A stretch of 64,000 nucleotides of DNA from Candidatus Latescibacterota bacterium (GTDB lineage Bacteria; Latescibacterota; UBA2968; UBA8231), in contig OZ253462.1 of assembly GCA_965261395.1 (NCBI GenBank), positions 3,840,001 through 3,904,000 of the forward strand. The letters are read 5' to 3'. This document shows, one piece after another, positions 55,532-64,000 of this stretch. The notes beneath the pieces are model-generated. The model was given only the letters and a program-made list of their open reading frames with translations, had not been told where the DNA came from and searched no databases. Position 1 is the stretch's first letter. The number at the start of each line of letters is the position of its first letter. The translations under genes were made by a program, and so were the position numbers.

Positions 55532-55867
55532 GTGATCTATAAAGTCGAGAAGGACCAGAGAAATTTAGCCGCTTTTGACGTGCCCGGTGCCACGGTGCAG
55601 GTTTCCGATCCCATTATTGGCGTCGGTGACAAACTGTCGGCCGGTTTTACCGAGTATCTAGAGGCCAGCCGGTTGACGTGGACCTTTGATTACGACGAGG
55701 TCTTTTTCATGTTGGAGGGGCACTTGGAGATCCAAGTCGCAGGTCAGGAGCCGGTGCAATACAAGGCAGGTGACTTGGGTTATATTGAGAAGGGTACGCA
55801 GACGATCATCACCGTGCCGGAACGGGCCTATTTGCTGCATGTCACCCACCCAGCGTGGCGGTCCTAG
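55532..55867 (+). CDS. EutQ-like cupin protein
   Basis: LSAGF, WTFDYDEVFFMLEG, GDLGYIEKG. Confidence 0.82.
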   Translation: MIYKVEKDQRNLAAFDVPGATVQVSDPIIGVGDKLSAGFTEYLEASRLTWTFDYDEVFFMLEGHLEIQVAGQEPVQYKAGDLGYIEKGTQTIITVPERAYLLHVTHPAWRS

Positions 55868-55936
55868 GTGAAGGTGGCCCACCAAGGCCGGAGTCAAGGT
55901 CACGTAGTTTTCGAGCCTAGGAGGGCAAGAGAGCGA

Positions 55937-56728
55937 ATGGAAACGACACTGCGCCAAGCATACGACGAGCAGGGCTTTTGCATTGCCCGCAAGGCCATTG
56001 ACGCGGGGCTGGCGGCCGAGACAGTGGAGCACGTACACTGGTTGGTCAAAAAGCATCCGGGCACGCGGCCCGAGCGCTTGCACCACGAACTGATGGTACA
56101 CGATCCCTTTATGCACCGCTTAGTCACCGACGACCGGCTGGTCGATATTGCGGCGCAATTCCTCGGGCCTAATGTGGCCATGTTCGCGGCGCACTATATC
56201 GCCAAAAAACCCAGCACTGGCCAAGCAGTACAGTGGCATCAGGACGGTTCGTACTGGCCCTTGGAGCCGATGGAGGTCACCACGTTGTGGGTGGCCGGCA
56301 CGGACTCGACGGTGGCCAATGGCTGTATGCGGGTTTTGCCGGGAACGCACACCAAGCAATTGCTCAAGCGCAGCGAGATGGTCGATCTCGATACGGACAA
56401 ATACGTCCTCGGTGTCGGGATTCATCCCGACCATATTGACGATGCCGATGCCGTCAATCTGGAGCTGGAGGCGGGGGATATTTCCATCCACCACCCCAGT
56501 ATCATCCACGGGTCCAACGCCAATACTTCGGACCAATGGCGGGTTGGGCTTACCCTGCGCTACATTCCGACCAGCACCAAGGTCACCGTGGATCGCAGCC
56601 CGTGCATTATGTGTCGGGGCGAGGTGGTGCCCGCAGTGGGGAACAAGTACGCGCCGCGGCCGCAGTACGTCGAGGGGGAGCACATGCCCTTTGCCGGGTG
56701 CGAGATTTGGAGTTTGCAGACGGCTTAA
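55937..56728 (+). CDS. PhyH-family dioxygenase
   Basis: WHQDGSYW, NGCMRVLPGTH, IHGSNANTSDQWR. Confidence 0.92.
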   Translation: METTLRQAYDEQGFCIARKAIDAGLAAETVEHVHWLVKKHPGTRPERLHHELMVHDPFMHRLVTDDRLVDIAAQFLGPNVAMFAAHYIAKKPSTGQAVQWHQDGSYWPLEPMEVTTLWVAGTDSTVANGCMRVLPGTHTKQLLKRSEMVDLDTDKYVLGVGIHPDHIDDADAVNLELEAGDISIHHPSIIHGSNANTSDQWRVGLTLRYIPTSTKVTVDRSPCIMCRGEVVPAVGNKYAPRPQYVEGEHMPFAGCEIWSLQTA

Positions 56729-56796
56729 CAGGCGTTACTCAGGGCCGTACTGACCCATGTACCCGGTCCGCTCCCCCAGAATCGCCTTTGAGAGAT

Positions 56797-57660
56797 TTAC
56801 TTGCCAAGCACGACGTTGCCGTCTGCGTCCACCTGCAAATGCAGCCCCTTGGCTATACTGGAACAGGGGCCGTACATGACGGCGCGTTGCTCGGGTGTCA
56901 TACCCTCTACGATAGCCTCGTCCCAATAAACTTCGGGCGCTGCCAACTCGATGGAGACGCCAGAGCGGGTGGTGGTGCGGCTCGCGTACTTGTAGAGTGC
57001 CGAGCGGCGTGGCGCATCGCCTTTCCAGGGCAGGGTGCCGTGGGTTTGGGCTCCGTCCATAAAGAAAATGACATCGCCGGCCTTGAGTGCGGGCTGGTGG
57101 ACCACGTCCAGCGGCTCGTCGCAGGAGCGCACGCCGGCGGGCATGGGGAATTTGGCTTTGTGGCTGCCTGGCACACAGGCGAAGCCGCCATCGCCGGCCT
57201 TGCAGTCGGCCAACTGATAGGTCACGGTGACGCCAGCGCAGTAGAACTGGCCGTTCTGGTGATGGTAGGCCACATAGGGTCTGTGGGGTTCGCCCGCGCC
57301 GTGTAGGATGAGGCCCTCGGTTCCCTTGGGACTGTAGGAGACCCAGGGGCCGTGGTCGTGGCGGAATCCCTTGCCGCACATCGCGTTGAGGCGGGAGACA
57401 ACTTGGGGATGCACCAGCAGGCGGCGGAAGGGTTCGCAATGGGGGTGGGGCAATTCGAGCAGGTTCGGGAGGGTCTGTTGGCCAGTGCCTTGGAGCACGT
57501 TCGACTCGCCTCGGGCACCGCCATTGTCGGGGGATTGCTGCATCCGCTCCATGCAGTGGTCGATGGCGGCGTTGCATTCGCTTAATTCCTCGGCGGTGAG
57601 GACATTGCGGACGACCAGATAGCCGGTGAGATCCCAGAAGTAGCGTTCGCGCGCATCCAT
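56797..57660 (-). CDS. PhyH-family Fe(II)/2OG enzyme with HxA in place of HxD
   Basis: WDLTGYLVVRNVL, LHGAG, DGGF..VPGSHK, THG..W...RR. Confidence 0.85.
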   Translation of the reverse strand: MDARERYFWDLTGYLVVRNVLTAEELSECNAAIDHCMERMQQSPDNGGARGESNVLQGTGQQTLPNLLELPHPHCEPFRRLLVHPQVVSRLNAMCGKGFRHDHGPWVSYSPKGTEGLILHGAGEPHRPYVAYHHQNGQFYCAGVTVTYQLADCKAGDGGFACVPGSHKAKFPMPAGVRSCDEPLDVVHQPALKAGDVIFFMDGAQTHGTLPWKGDAPRRSALYKYASRTTTRSGVSIELAAPEVYWDEAIVEGMTPEQRAVMYGPCSSIAKGLHLQVDADGNVVLGK

Positions 57661-57661
57661 T

Positions 57662-58531
57662 TTAGCTCTCCGCAATCCAGGTTTTTTGGCCGTCGGATTC
57701 CAGCAGGGGCAGTTCCTTGTGGTGGACACCCGGCCCGTAGAGGACGGCTTGCTGTTCGGGCGTGAGTTCGTCGATCCAGGCACCGTAGCGCGCCTGGGGA
57801 GTGAAGTATTTGCCCGTAGCTCGGGCCGCGCCCCGGGAAGCGTATTTGTAGAGCACGGAGCGCCGCAGATTTTTGCCCTTCCAAGGCAGAGTGCCGTGAG
57901 TGGCGGTCTCGGCAAAGAAGAGGACGTCGCCGGTGCGCAGGGCGGGTTGGACGACTAATTCCCCATACTCTGCGAGCGAGCGGATCTCGGGCGGGGTTGG
58001 CTCGCAGGTTTTGTGGCTCCCGGGGATTACGGCAAAGCCGCCGTCTCCGGGGTTGCAGTCGGTTAGTTGCCAAGCCACGGTGATGCCCCGGCAGTAGATT
58101 TTGCCGTTTTGCTGGTGATACCAAGTGGCGGGGCTAAAAGGCTCGCCCGAGCCGTGCAGGTAGTGCCCCTCGGTTCCCTCGGTGGCGCTGATGAGCAGGG
58201 GGCCGTGATCGAGGCGAAAGCCCGGACCGCTGAATTCGTTGAGGCGCGAGACGACAGTGGGATGGACCAGCAGGCGGCGAAAGGGTTCGCGGTAGGGGGG
58301 CGGCCAACCGAGCATGCCGGTGAGCTGTTGGCGGCTAGTTGTGCCTTGCAGCGCGCTTGAGTCGCGGGCGAGGGTGCCGGGGTAGGCGGCGATTTGGTCG
58401 GCGAAGTGGTCGATGGCGGCGTTGCATTCGCCTACTTCCTCTGGAGTGAGGGCGTTGCGAACCACTAGGTAGCCGCGCAAATCGAAGTAGTATTTTTCTT
58501 CTTCTGAGACCGTGTAGAGGTATTTGTCCAC
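57662..58531 (-). CDS. PhyH-family Fe(II)/2OG enzyme with HxS in place of HxD
   Basis: FDLRGYLVVRNAL, LHGSG, DGGF..IPGSHK, THG..W...RR; clear paralogue of its neighbour. Confidence 0.85.
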   Translation of the reverse strand: MDKYLYTVSEEEKYYFDLRGYLVVRNALTPEEVGECNAAIDHFADQIAAYPGTLARDSSALQGTTSRQQLTGMLGWPPPYREPFRRLLVHPTVVSRLNEFSGPGFRLDHGPLLISATEGTEGHYLHGSGEPFSPATWYHQQNGKIYCRGITVAWQLTDCNPGDGGFAVIPGSHKTCEPTPPEIRSLAEYGELVVQPALRTGDVLFFAETATHGTLPWKGKNLRRSVLYKYASRGAARATGKYFTPQARYGAWIDELTPEQQAVLYGPGVHHKELPLLESDGQKTWIAES

Positions 58532-58599
58532 GGCTGTGCTCCTTTGGTTTGTCCGAGCTTGGCCAAAGGATGAGTAGTTTTCTCGTCGTTCGGCCGTTT

Positions 58600-58944
58600 T
58601 TAGAGATATCGGATCTGATTTTTCATTTCATCTGCTGTAACCCGATTTAAAATATTCAAGAGCCTTTGCACCATTTCGTACGATGAACGACGGACAGCGA
58701 TAATTATCCCCCAATGCGTTTTATTTTGTTCAAAATATAACTTGGCGAGCGACTCAAAGTGAACGCGATTATGAGTTAGCAATGTCTTCTGCTGCATGGC
58801 TGCGTAAGCTAATTGATCTGCATCACTATTCTGAATTTGGTCTGCATCTCTCGTTGTCAGTGCAGAAAAACCATACGCTTTGAGTAAATCTGCAATCAAG
58901 ACATCAACATCTTCATCGAGATAGAGTTCGACAAATAAACTCAT
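58600..58944 (-). CDS. DUF5615 PIN-like toxin
   Basis: LYLDED, SD..QL..A, LLTHN..HF, HWGII. Confidence 0.85.
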   Translation of the reverse strand: MSLFVELYLDEDVDVLIADLLKAYGFSALTTRDADQIQNSDADQLAYAAMQQKTLLTHNRVHFESLAKLYFEQNKTHWGIIIAVRRSSYEMVQRLLNILNRVTADEMKNQIRYL

Positions 58945-59225
58945 TGAGTTGGCTGTACAAGTGGGTCAATCAATCTGTGGGGAATGCGATTTTCTTCAAT
59001 GTATTTATGAATTTCCTCTTGGTGGTCGCTGTAGTAACTCAGGGCATCAAAAACCTGTCCCAAAGACAAATGCGGAAGATGGTTTGGAATGTCTTCAGGG
59101 TGTGTACCCAAACGCCAGATTTCGACAATCGCACGAACCGGCGTACGCGTATCTTTGACGATAGGCTCTCCACCTAGAATCTGCTCATCTGTCACGATGT
59201 AGGGATGTTCTGTTGTTTGGGCCAT
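58941..59225 (-). CDS. DUF433 antitoxin
   Basis: ILGGEPIVKDTRTPV, PHLSL.QV.DALSYY. Confidence 0.9.
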   Translation of the reverse strand: MAQTTEHPYIVTDEQILGGEPIVKDTRTPVRAIVEIWRLGTHPEDIPNHLPHLSLGQVFDALSYYSDHQEEIHKYIEENRIPHRLIDPLVQPTQ

Positions 59226-59562
59226 GAAACACCTTTTTGTTTTTGGGTTCAAGAATCACGTACATCCCGTGAGCGTTAGCAATCCCACCACCTGCCAGTT
59301 CGTCCCCCGACGGGCGGCGCGGGCGGCTCCATCAGAAAACATAAGGGAGGGGTAAAGGCGTTGGCAATAGAGCATTTAGCGCTGTACGTAAGCCGCCGTT
59401 GGTCGGGGCCGCGATGGTGTTCTCAAGCATGAGCGTGATGATGAGTCGCGCCAAGAGGCCGAGTCCTGGTGCCAACCCTGCGCCGTGCTACCGGTGCCCA
59501 ACTCGCCCAAAAGCTGCCGCCGCACTAGGTCGCATCCTGCCAAGACGTCCGGGGCTTGGTGC

Positions 59563-62500
59563 TCAGGCTGGGGCCTCGGCCCGCACCAGCAGCTTGGCGA
59601 AGTCGTAGTTGACGCTGGTGACGCCAAAGTCGGGTTCGCGTTGGAAGGGTTGGCGCAGATAGCTAACGCGGTGCCTAGCGTTGTCCAAAAACTCGACTAT
59701 GGCGAGAATGAAGTCGTCGGGTTTATTGAGGCTGTAGAGAATTTCGTTTTTGGTCACCGTGATGGTCGCGGCCCCACTTGCGCGGCCCTTGACCTCAATG
59801 AAGCGCAGCCGCCCCGTGCCGTGCATCCGCGACTCGATATCGTAGCCGAGTTTGTCAAACTCCCGGTCCGTCGGCTCATAGCCGAGGCCGCGTTCTACTT
59901 CCATGACAATAGCCCGCGCCCGGGCGGCAACTTTCTGCGTATCCACAGGCGACCGACGCCCCGCCATAGCGTCCGCCAGTCCCTGCGGCACCACCAGCAA
60001 GCCCCCGAGTACCACCGGCGGTAACGGCGAGAGTTGTGCTTCGAGTTTCAATTCCTGTAGCCTCTTGTTCAGCCGAGCCTGCAACGTATCGGCCCGTTTG
60101 CGGGCTTCGTCCGAGTTGAGGCGAGCACCGCTCGCGCCAGCCTTCTCCTGTAGCTTGAGCTGTTCGGCACGGTGATCCCAGTAGGAGATTTCCTTGGTCA
60201 GACGGTCCTTGACCGCGGCCTCGGTCTTGGCGATCAACGCCAGCTTGGGATCGCGGACTTGGGCTAGATGCTCGGGGACGACGTGAGCCACTGCATAGGC
60301 TTGTGCCTTCTGCTCCATTTCTCGGTTGATCCACGCGCATTCCGGCCGCTCCAAGATGGCCTCAACGCTAGGCTCGTCTTGGGCTAGCGGCCGATAGTCC
60401 AAGTAGGGGGCGTAGTGCAGGTGGCGGGCGTTGCCAGCGGCGTCGATTTCGACGTAGAGCATCTGCTTGGAGACAATCCGGCGGTCACCAGCCTGCGTCC
60501 AGCCCGCGTCTTGAATGGCGTGTTCGAGGTAGAAAAGGACTCGCGGTGTCTGCCCTGGATCGCGCTCGTCAATGAGCACTGCTCCGCGCTTGAGCAGATC
60601 GCGGTGCTCCTTCAGCGTCAGGTCGAGAACGGCGTCCAGTAAGGGGTGTCCCGGGCAAACAAAGGCTGCCGTTGGTTGGCCGGGGGGAGTAACCAGCGAC
60701 TTGTCGAAGGCGATCCGTTCGTAGCGGGGCAGCACCGGCCCACTCTGGTTGCGGATCGGTGCGGGGACATGCGTCACTTCGTAGCGGCGCGGCTCACGCT
60801 GCCGGGCCGAGCCACCGATCCGCTGGAACGCCTCTAGAAAAAACGCCTCAATGTAATGTGGTTGTAGGCGGCGCGCCTCGGCCCGCTCCATCTCTTCGCG
60901 AACCCTCTGCAAGCGGCTGGCGTCCATCGCGTCATGGACGAGTTGCCGCTCCTCCAACAGGTCCTGCAGCACGCTCTGGTCGAGCGCCTGATCAACCGCA
61001 GTGTCGAGGCGTGCGCGAACTTCTGGCTGCTCGCCGTAGCGGATGGCTTCGAGCAGGAGGTCGCGCAACGGCCGTCCCTCGAATTCGAGCGTGCCGAGCA
61101 CGTCAAATACCTGACCACCTAGGGCCTGCCGTGCCTGTTCTAGTTTGGTCAGCAGTCGCTGGTACACATCGCCCTCGCGGGTTTGGTCCGCGACCAGATT
61201 CCACAGGTGGCACACCTCCGTCTGGCCGATTCGGTGAATGCGGCCGAAGCGTTGCTCTAGGCGGTTTGGGTTCCAGGGGAGGTCGTAGTTGACCATCAGG
61301 TGCGCCCGCTGGAGGTTGATCCCTTCGCCAGCGGCATCGGTGGCCAGCAGCACCTGTACCGCTGGGTCGTGGCGGAAGGCTTCCTGCGCTTGGTGGCGAT
61401 GCTCGCGGGCTATGCCCCCGTGAATGACGACTACCGACTCCGCACGTCCAAGCAACGTGGTGATGCGGTCTTGCAGATAGCGAAGCGTGTCTCGGTGCTC
61501 GGTGAAGAGTACCAGCTTCTGCGCAGGGGAGGACACTGGACGCGGGATCTCGCCACCGCTGTAGGGAGCTGTCGGTTCTCCGATTCGGCCCGCTATACCA
61601 GACGTCGTAAAGACCTCGCTGAGCAGGCTTGCAAGCTCCCGCCACTTCGCGTCTCCACCGCGGCGACGGACGTCAAGCGCACGACTTTCCAGCATCTTCA
61701 GAGTGTCGATTTCCGCCTTCAACTCGGTGATGGAGCGGGCGGCGGTCGCCTGGTCGAGGATGCGCGTTTCGGCGGCCTCGGCCTCATGCCCTGGTGCGTC
61801 GTCGAGATCCTCGATGTCTTCGGCATCGAGTTCCGGGGCTGTGGCCCAGCCGGGGCGTCGGGATTCCTCCGACTCGCACAGGCGGCCCTCCAAACGCTCG
61901 CGTCGTCGGCGCAGCGACTGGTAGATCGCCTCGGGAGACGAAGCGAGCCGCCGTTGGAGGATCGTCAGGGCGAAGCCGACCGTACCGGCCCGCTTGGCGT
62001 TGGCGAGTGCGTCCGCCCGATTGAACTCCTCCCGCACATAGTCGGTGACCGCCTCGTAGAGCTGGGCTTCCGCCTCTGAGAGCTGGTACGGCACGGTGTA
62101 GGCAATGCGTTCGGGGAACAGCGGCTTGCCGTCGAACTTGAGCAGCCGCTCCTTGACCATGCGCCGCATCAAGTCCGAGACATCAGCCACATGGACGCCA
62201 TCGCGGAAGCGGCCTTCAAAGCGGTCGCTGTCGAGCAGTGCCATGAAGAGTTGGAAGTCCTCTTCCTTGCCGTTGTGCGGCGTCGCCGTCATCAGCAAGA
62301 AGTGGCGCGTCCGTGTCGATAATAACTGTCCCAGTCGATAGCGCTTCGTGTAGTGGATCTCGCCCCCGAAGAAACTGGCCGACATCTTGTGCGCCTCGTC
62401 GCATACTACTAGATCCCAGCCCGTGTCCGGTGCCTGGAGCTTCTGCTGGACCTGTTCGTCGCGCGCTAGCTTGTCGAGGCGTGCGATGACGAGGTTGGCC

Positions 62501-63090
62501 TCCAAAAACCAGTTGCCAGTGCGGGCGGCTTCGAGCTTGTCGTTGGTCATAATCTCAAAGGGCAACTGGAAGCGCTGGTAGAGTTCGTCCTGCCATTGCT
62601 CGGCGAGGCTGCCGGGGCAGACGATCAGGCACCGTTCGAGATCGCCACGGGCGATCAACTCCTTGATGAGTAGGCCCGCCATGATGGTCTTACCAGCACC
62701 CGGATCGTCGGCGAGGAGGAAGCGCAGCGGTTGGCGCGGCAGCATGGATTCGTACACCGCGGTGATCTGATGGGGCAATGGCTCGACGACCGAGGTGTGG
62801 ACCGCCAGCACGGGATCGAACAGATGCGCGAGGCGGATGCGCAGGGCCTCAGACACCAGCCGGAATAGGGCACCATCGCCGTCAAAACTCCACGGCTGCC
62901 CCTGTTCTGCCACTTCGAGCCGCGCCTCGTCAGAGCGGTAGAGCAGCTCATTGGCCACCTTACCGTCCGGGGTTTTGTAGGTCAGTTCCAGGGCCTCGGA
63001 GCCAAACCACTGCACGCTGACGACCACCACGAGGCCATCGGTGAGAATGCCACGCACTGCGGCGTTAGGCTGGAGATCTTCGAGCGTCAC
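59563..63090 (-). CDS. SNF2-family helicase with C-terminal DUF3883-like (PD-(D/E)XK) nuclease domain
   Basis: LADDPGAGKT, DEAH, TATPH, GEGINLQ, QRFGRIHRIG; C-terminal GYDIES..FIEVKG. Confidence 0.92.
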   Translation of the reverse strand: MTLEDLQPNAAVRGILTDGLVVVVSVQWFGSEALELTYKTPDGKVANELLYRSDEARLEVAEQGQPWSFDGDGALFRLVSEALRIRLAHLFDPVLAVHTSVVEPLPHQITAVYESMLPRQPLRFLLADDPGAGKTIMAGLLIKELIARGDLERCLIVCPGSLAEQWQDELYQRFQLPFEIMTNDKLEAARTGNWFLEANLVIARLDKLARDEQVQQKLQAPDTGWDLVVCDEAHKMSASFFGGEIHYTKRYRLGQLLSTRTRHFLLMTATPHNGKEEDFQLFMALLDSDRFEGRFRDGVHVADVSDLMRRMVKERLLKFDGKPLFPERIAYTVPYQLSEAEAQLYEAVTDYVREEFNRADALANAKRAGTVGFALTILQRRLASSPEAIYQSLRRRRERLEGRLCESEESRRPGWATAPELDAEDIEDLDDAPGHEAEAAETRILDQATAARSITELKAEIDTLKMLESRALDVRRRGGDAKWRELASLLSEVFTTSGIAGRIGEPTAPYSGGEIPRPVSSPAQKLVLFTEHRDTLRYLQDRITTLLGRAESVVVIHGGIAREHRHQAQEAFRHDPAVQVLLATDAAGEGINLQRAHLMVNYDLPWNPNRLEQRFGRIHRIGQTEVCHLWNLVADQTREGDVYQRLLTKLEQARQALGGQVFDVLGTLEFEGRPLRDLLLEAIRYGEQPEVRARLDTAVDQALDQSVLQDLLEERQLVHDAMDASRLQRVREEMERAEARRLQPHYIEAFFLEAFQRIGGSARQREPRRYEVTHVPAPIRNQSGPVLPRYERIAFDKSLVTPPGQPTAAFVCPGHPLLDAVLDLTLKEHRDLLKRGAVLIDERDPGQTPRVLFYLEHAIQDAGWTQAGDRRIVSKQMLYVEIDAAGNARHLHYAPYLDYRPLAQDEPSVEAILERPECAWINREMEQKAQAYAVAHVVPEHLAQVRDPKLALIAKTEAAVKDRLTKEISYWDHRAEQLKLQEKAGASGARLNSDEARKRADTLQARLNKRLQELKLEAQLSPLPPVVLGGLLVVPQGLADAMAGRRSPVDTQKVAARARAIVMEVERGLGYEPTDREFDKLGYDIESRMHGTGRLRFIEVKGRASGAATITVTKNEILYSLNKPDDFILAIVEFLDNARHRVSYLRQPFQREPDFGVTSVNYDFAKLLVRAEAPA

Positions 63091-63098
63091 TTCCCGAC

Positions 63099-63998
63099 CT
63101 ATTCCCGTTCAAAACCCTGGCTGGAGAACTTGAGCGTGCGGCTGTTCTCGGTGACGGTGCGCACGACGTGATCGGGCGCACCCGAGGGGATTTCGGCTTC
63201 TATCTCCAAGGTCACGGTCACTTTGGCACCTACCAAGCCGGCGAGATGGGCAATGACCTCATCGGCGATCTGGCTCGCGTCGCGACCGACGCGGGTGGCA
63301 TCGAGAGACACGGCCCCGTGAAAGCGCCGCGCTTTCTGCTCGGGTGGGGTAGGGGTTGGCTCTGGATGGGTGCCGGTACCGGCCGATGCGCTGGCGCTCG
63401 GCTCAGCGACGCCGACGCCCGCCCCGGTTGCCGCTGCCGCTGGCTCGGCGTTCTGCTGTGTGATCGCGACTTCGGGCTTGACCAGCAGCCCATCGCTCGC
63501 AGGATCAAGCAGGGGGACCTCACGGCCACAGCGGAGTCCGCGATAGCGGCTCGTGGCTTCATCGAAGGAATCGGCGTAGGCGAACGATTCGTCTGTCCAG
63601 AGGAGGAGCCCCAACCCGTCTTGAATGGCCCTAATTAGGACCTCTGGACCAGCGAGGCGGGGGAGGTACAGGTAGCGGGCGAAGTGGTCTGCCAACTGGC
63701 GGATTTCCACGTGATCGCCGCGCCACAAGGGCACTCGGTCGAGTTCTAGGCGCAAGCGCGTGCCCGCGAGCGCCGGTACCAACAGCTCTTCCGACCGCAG
63801 TTTCTTGCTGGCGCGCACGGCGAGCGGGTCCTGCCCAGTCAGCCGCAGGGCCTGCCACTCGACCGCCGCCTGGGGTGTGGACTGCACTGGCACGAGGAGC
63901 CACTGATAGGCCTCCGGCAGCCGTCCAACCACGGCACCATCCTCCGACTTCAACTGCGCTTCGGCTTGCCGCACCTGATGCGGGTCGAGGTTCAGAGT
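63099..63998 (-). CDS. C-terminal part of a DUF499-type AAA+ ATPase (5' end outside window)
   Basis: YLYLPRL and RRFHG.V.LD..RVGRDA..IA.EVI.HL..ENSRTLKF recalled as the C-terminus of this family; ends 8 bp from the SNF2 gene. Confidence 0.7.
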   Translation of the reverse strand, partial: TLNLDPHQVRQAEAQLKSEDGAVVGRLPEAYQWLLVPVQSTPQAAVEWQALRLTGQDPLAVRASKKLRSEELLVPALAGTRLRLELDRVPLWRGDHVEIRQLADHFARYLYLPRLAGPEVLIRAIQDGLGLLLWTDESFAYADSFDEATSRYRGLRCGREVPLLDPASDGLLVKPEVAITQQNAEPAAAATGAGVGVAEPSASASAGTGTHPEPTPTPPEQKARRFHGAVSLDATRVGRDASQIADEVIAHLAGLVGAKVTVTLEIEAEIPSGAPDHVVRTVTENSRTLKFSSQGFERE

Positions 63999-64000
63999 TT

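Noticed and set aside
57661-57915. N-terminal extension of the PhyH ORF in the track
   Set aside because: It overlaps the upstream paralogue; the ATG at 57660 aligns with the paralogue's start region
59260-59560. Short ORFs or an att site between the TA pair and the helicase
   Set aside because: No recognisable motif, tRNA fragment or repeat could be supported

Overview
High-GC bacterial chromosomal window. The gene content (FlgD-Ig secreted proteins, internalin-like LRR and Sel1 proteins, five PhyH-fold dioxygenases, many sugar-acid enzymes) suggests an FCB-group organism such as Latescibacterota, possibly a sponge symbiont; this is inference. Left end: tail of a compact dcw cluster (murC-ftsQ-ftsA-ftsZ), purE, then kptA-glnB-glnE. 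Middle: sugar/amino-sugar catabolic genes, a Sel1 + 2TM pair, a 1071-aa LRR-metalloprotease, fused pabBC, a VapBC module with a visible promoter and operator, a TlpA protein with an unrecognised ~31-aa repeat, a cytochrome-YceI-DUF5777 trio, two FlgD-Ig proteins (one broken by an in-frame TGA) and typA-deaD. Right end: three PhyH genes (two lack the HxD carboxylate, as halogenases do), a DUF433/DUF5615 TA pair and part of a restriction-like defence locus (DUF499-type protein plus SNF2-DUF3883). Several gene relics and two REP-like palindromes are present. I saw no rRNA, tRNA, CRISPR array, integrase or transposase. All family calls come from motif recognition by eye; no database search was run.
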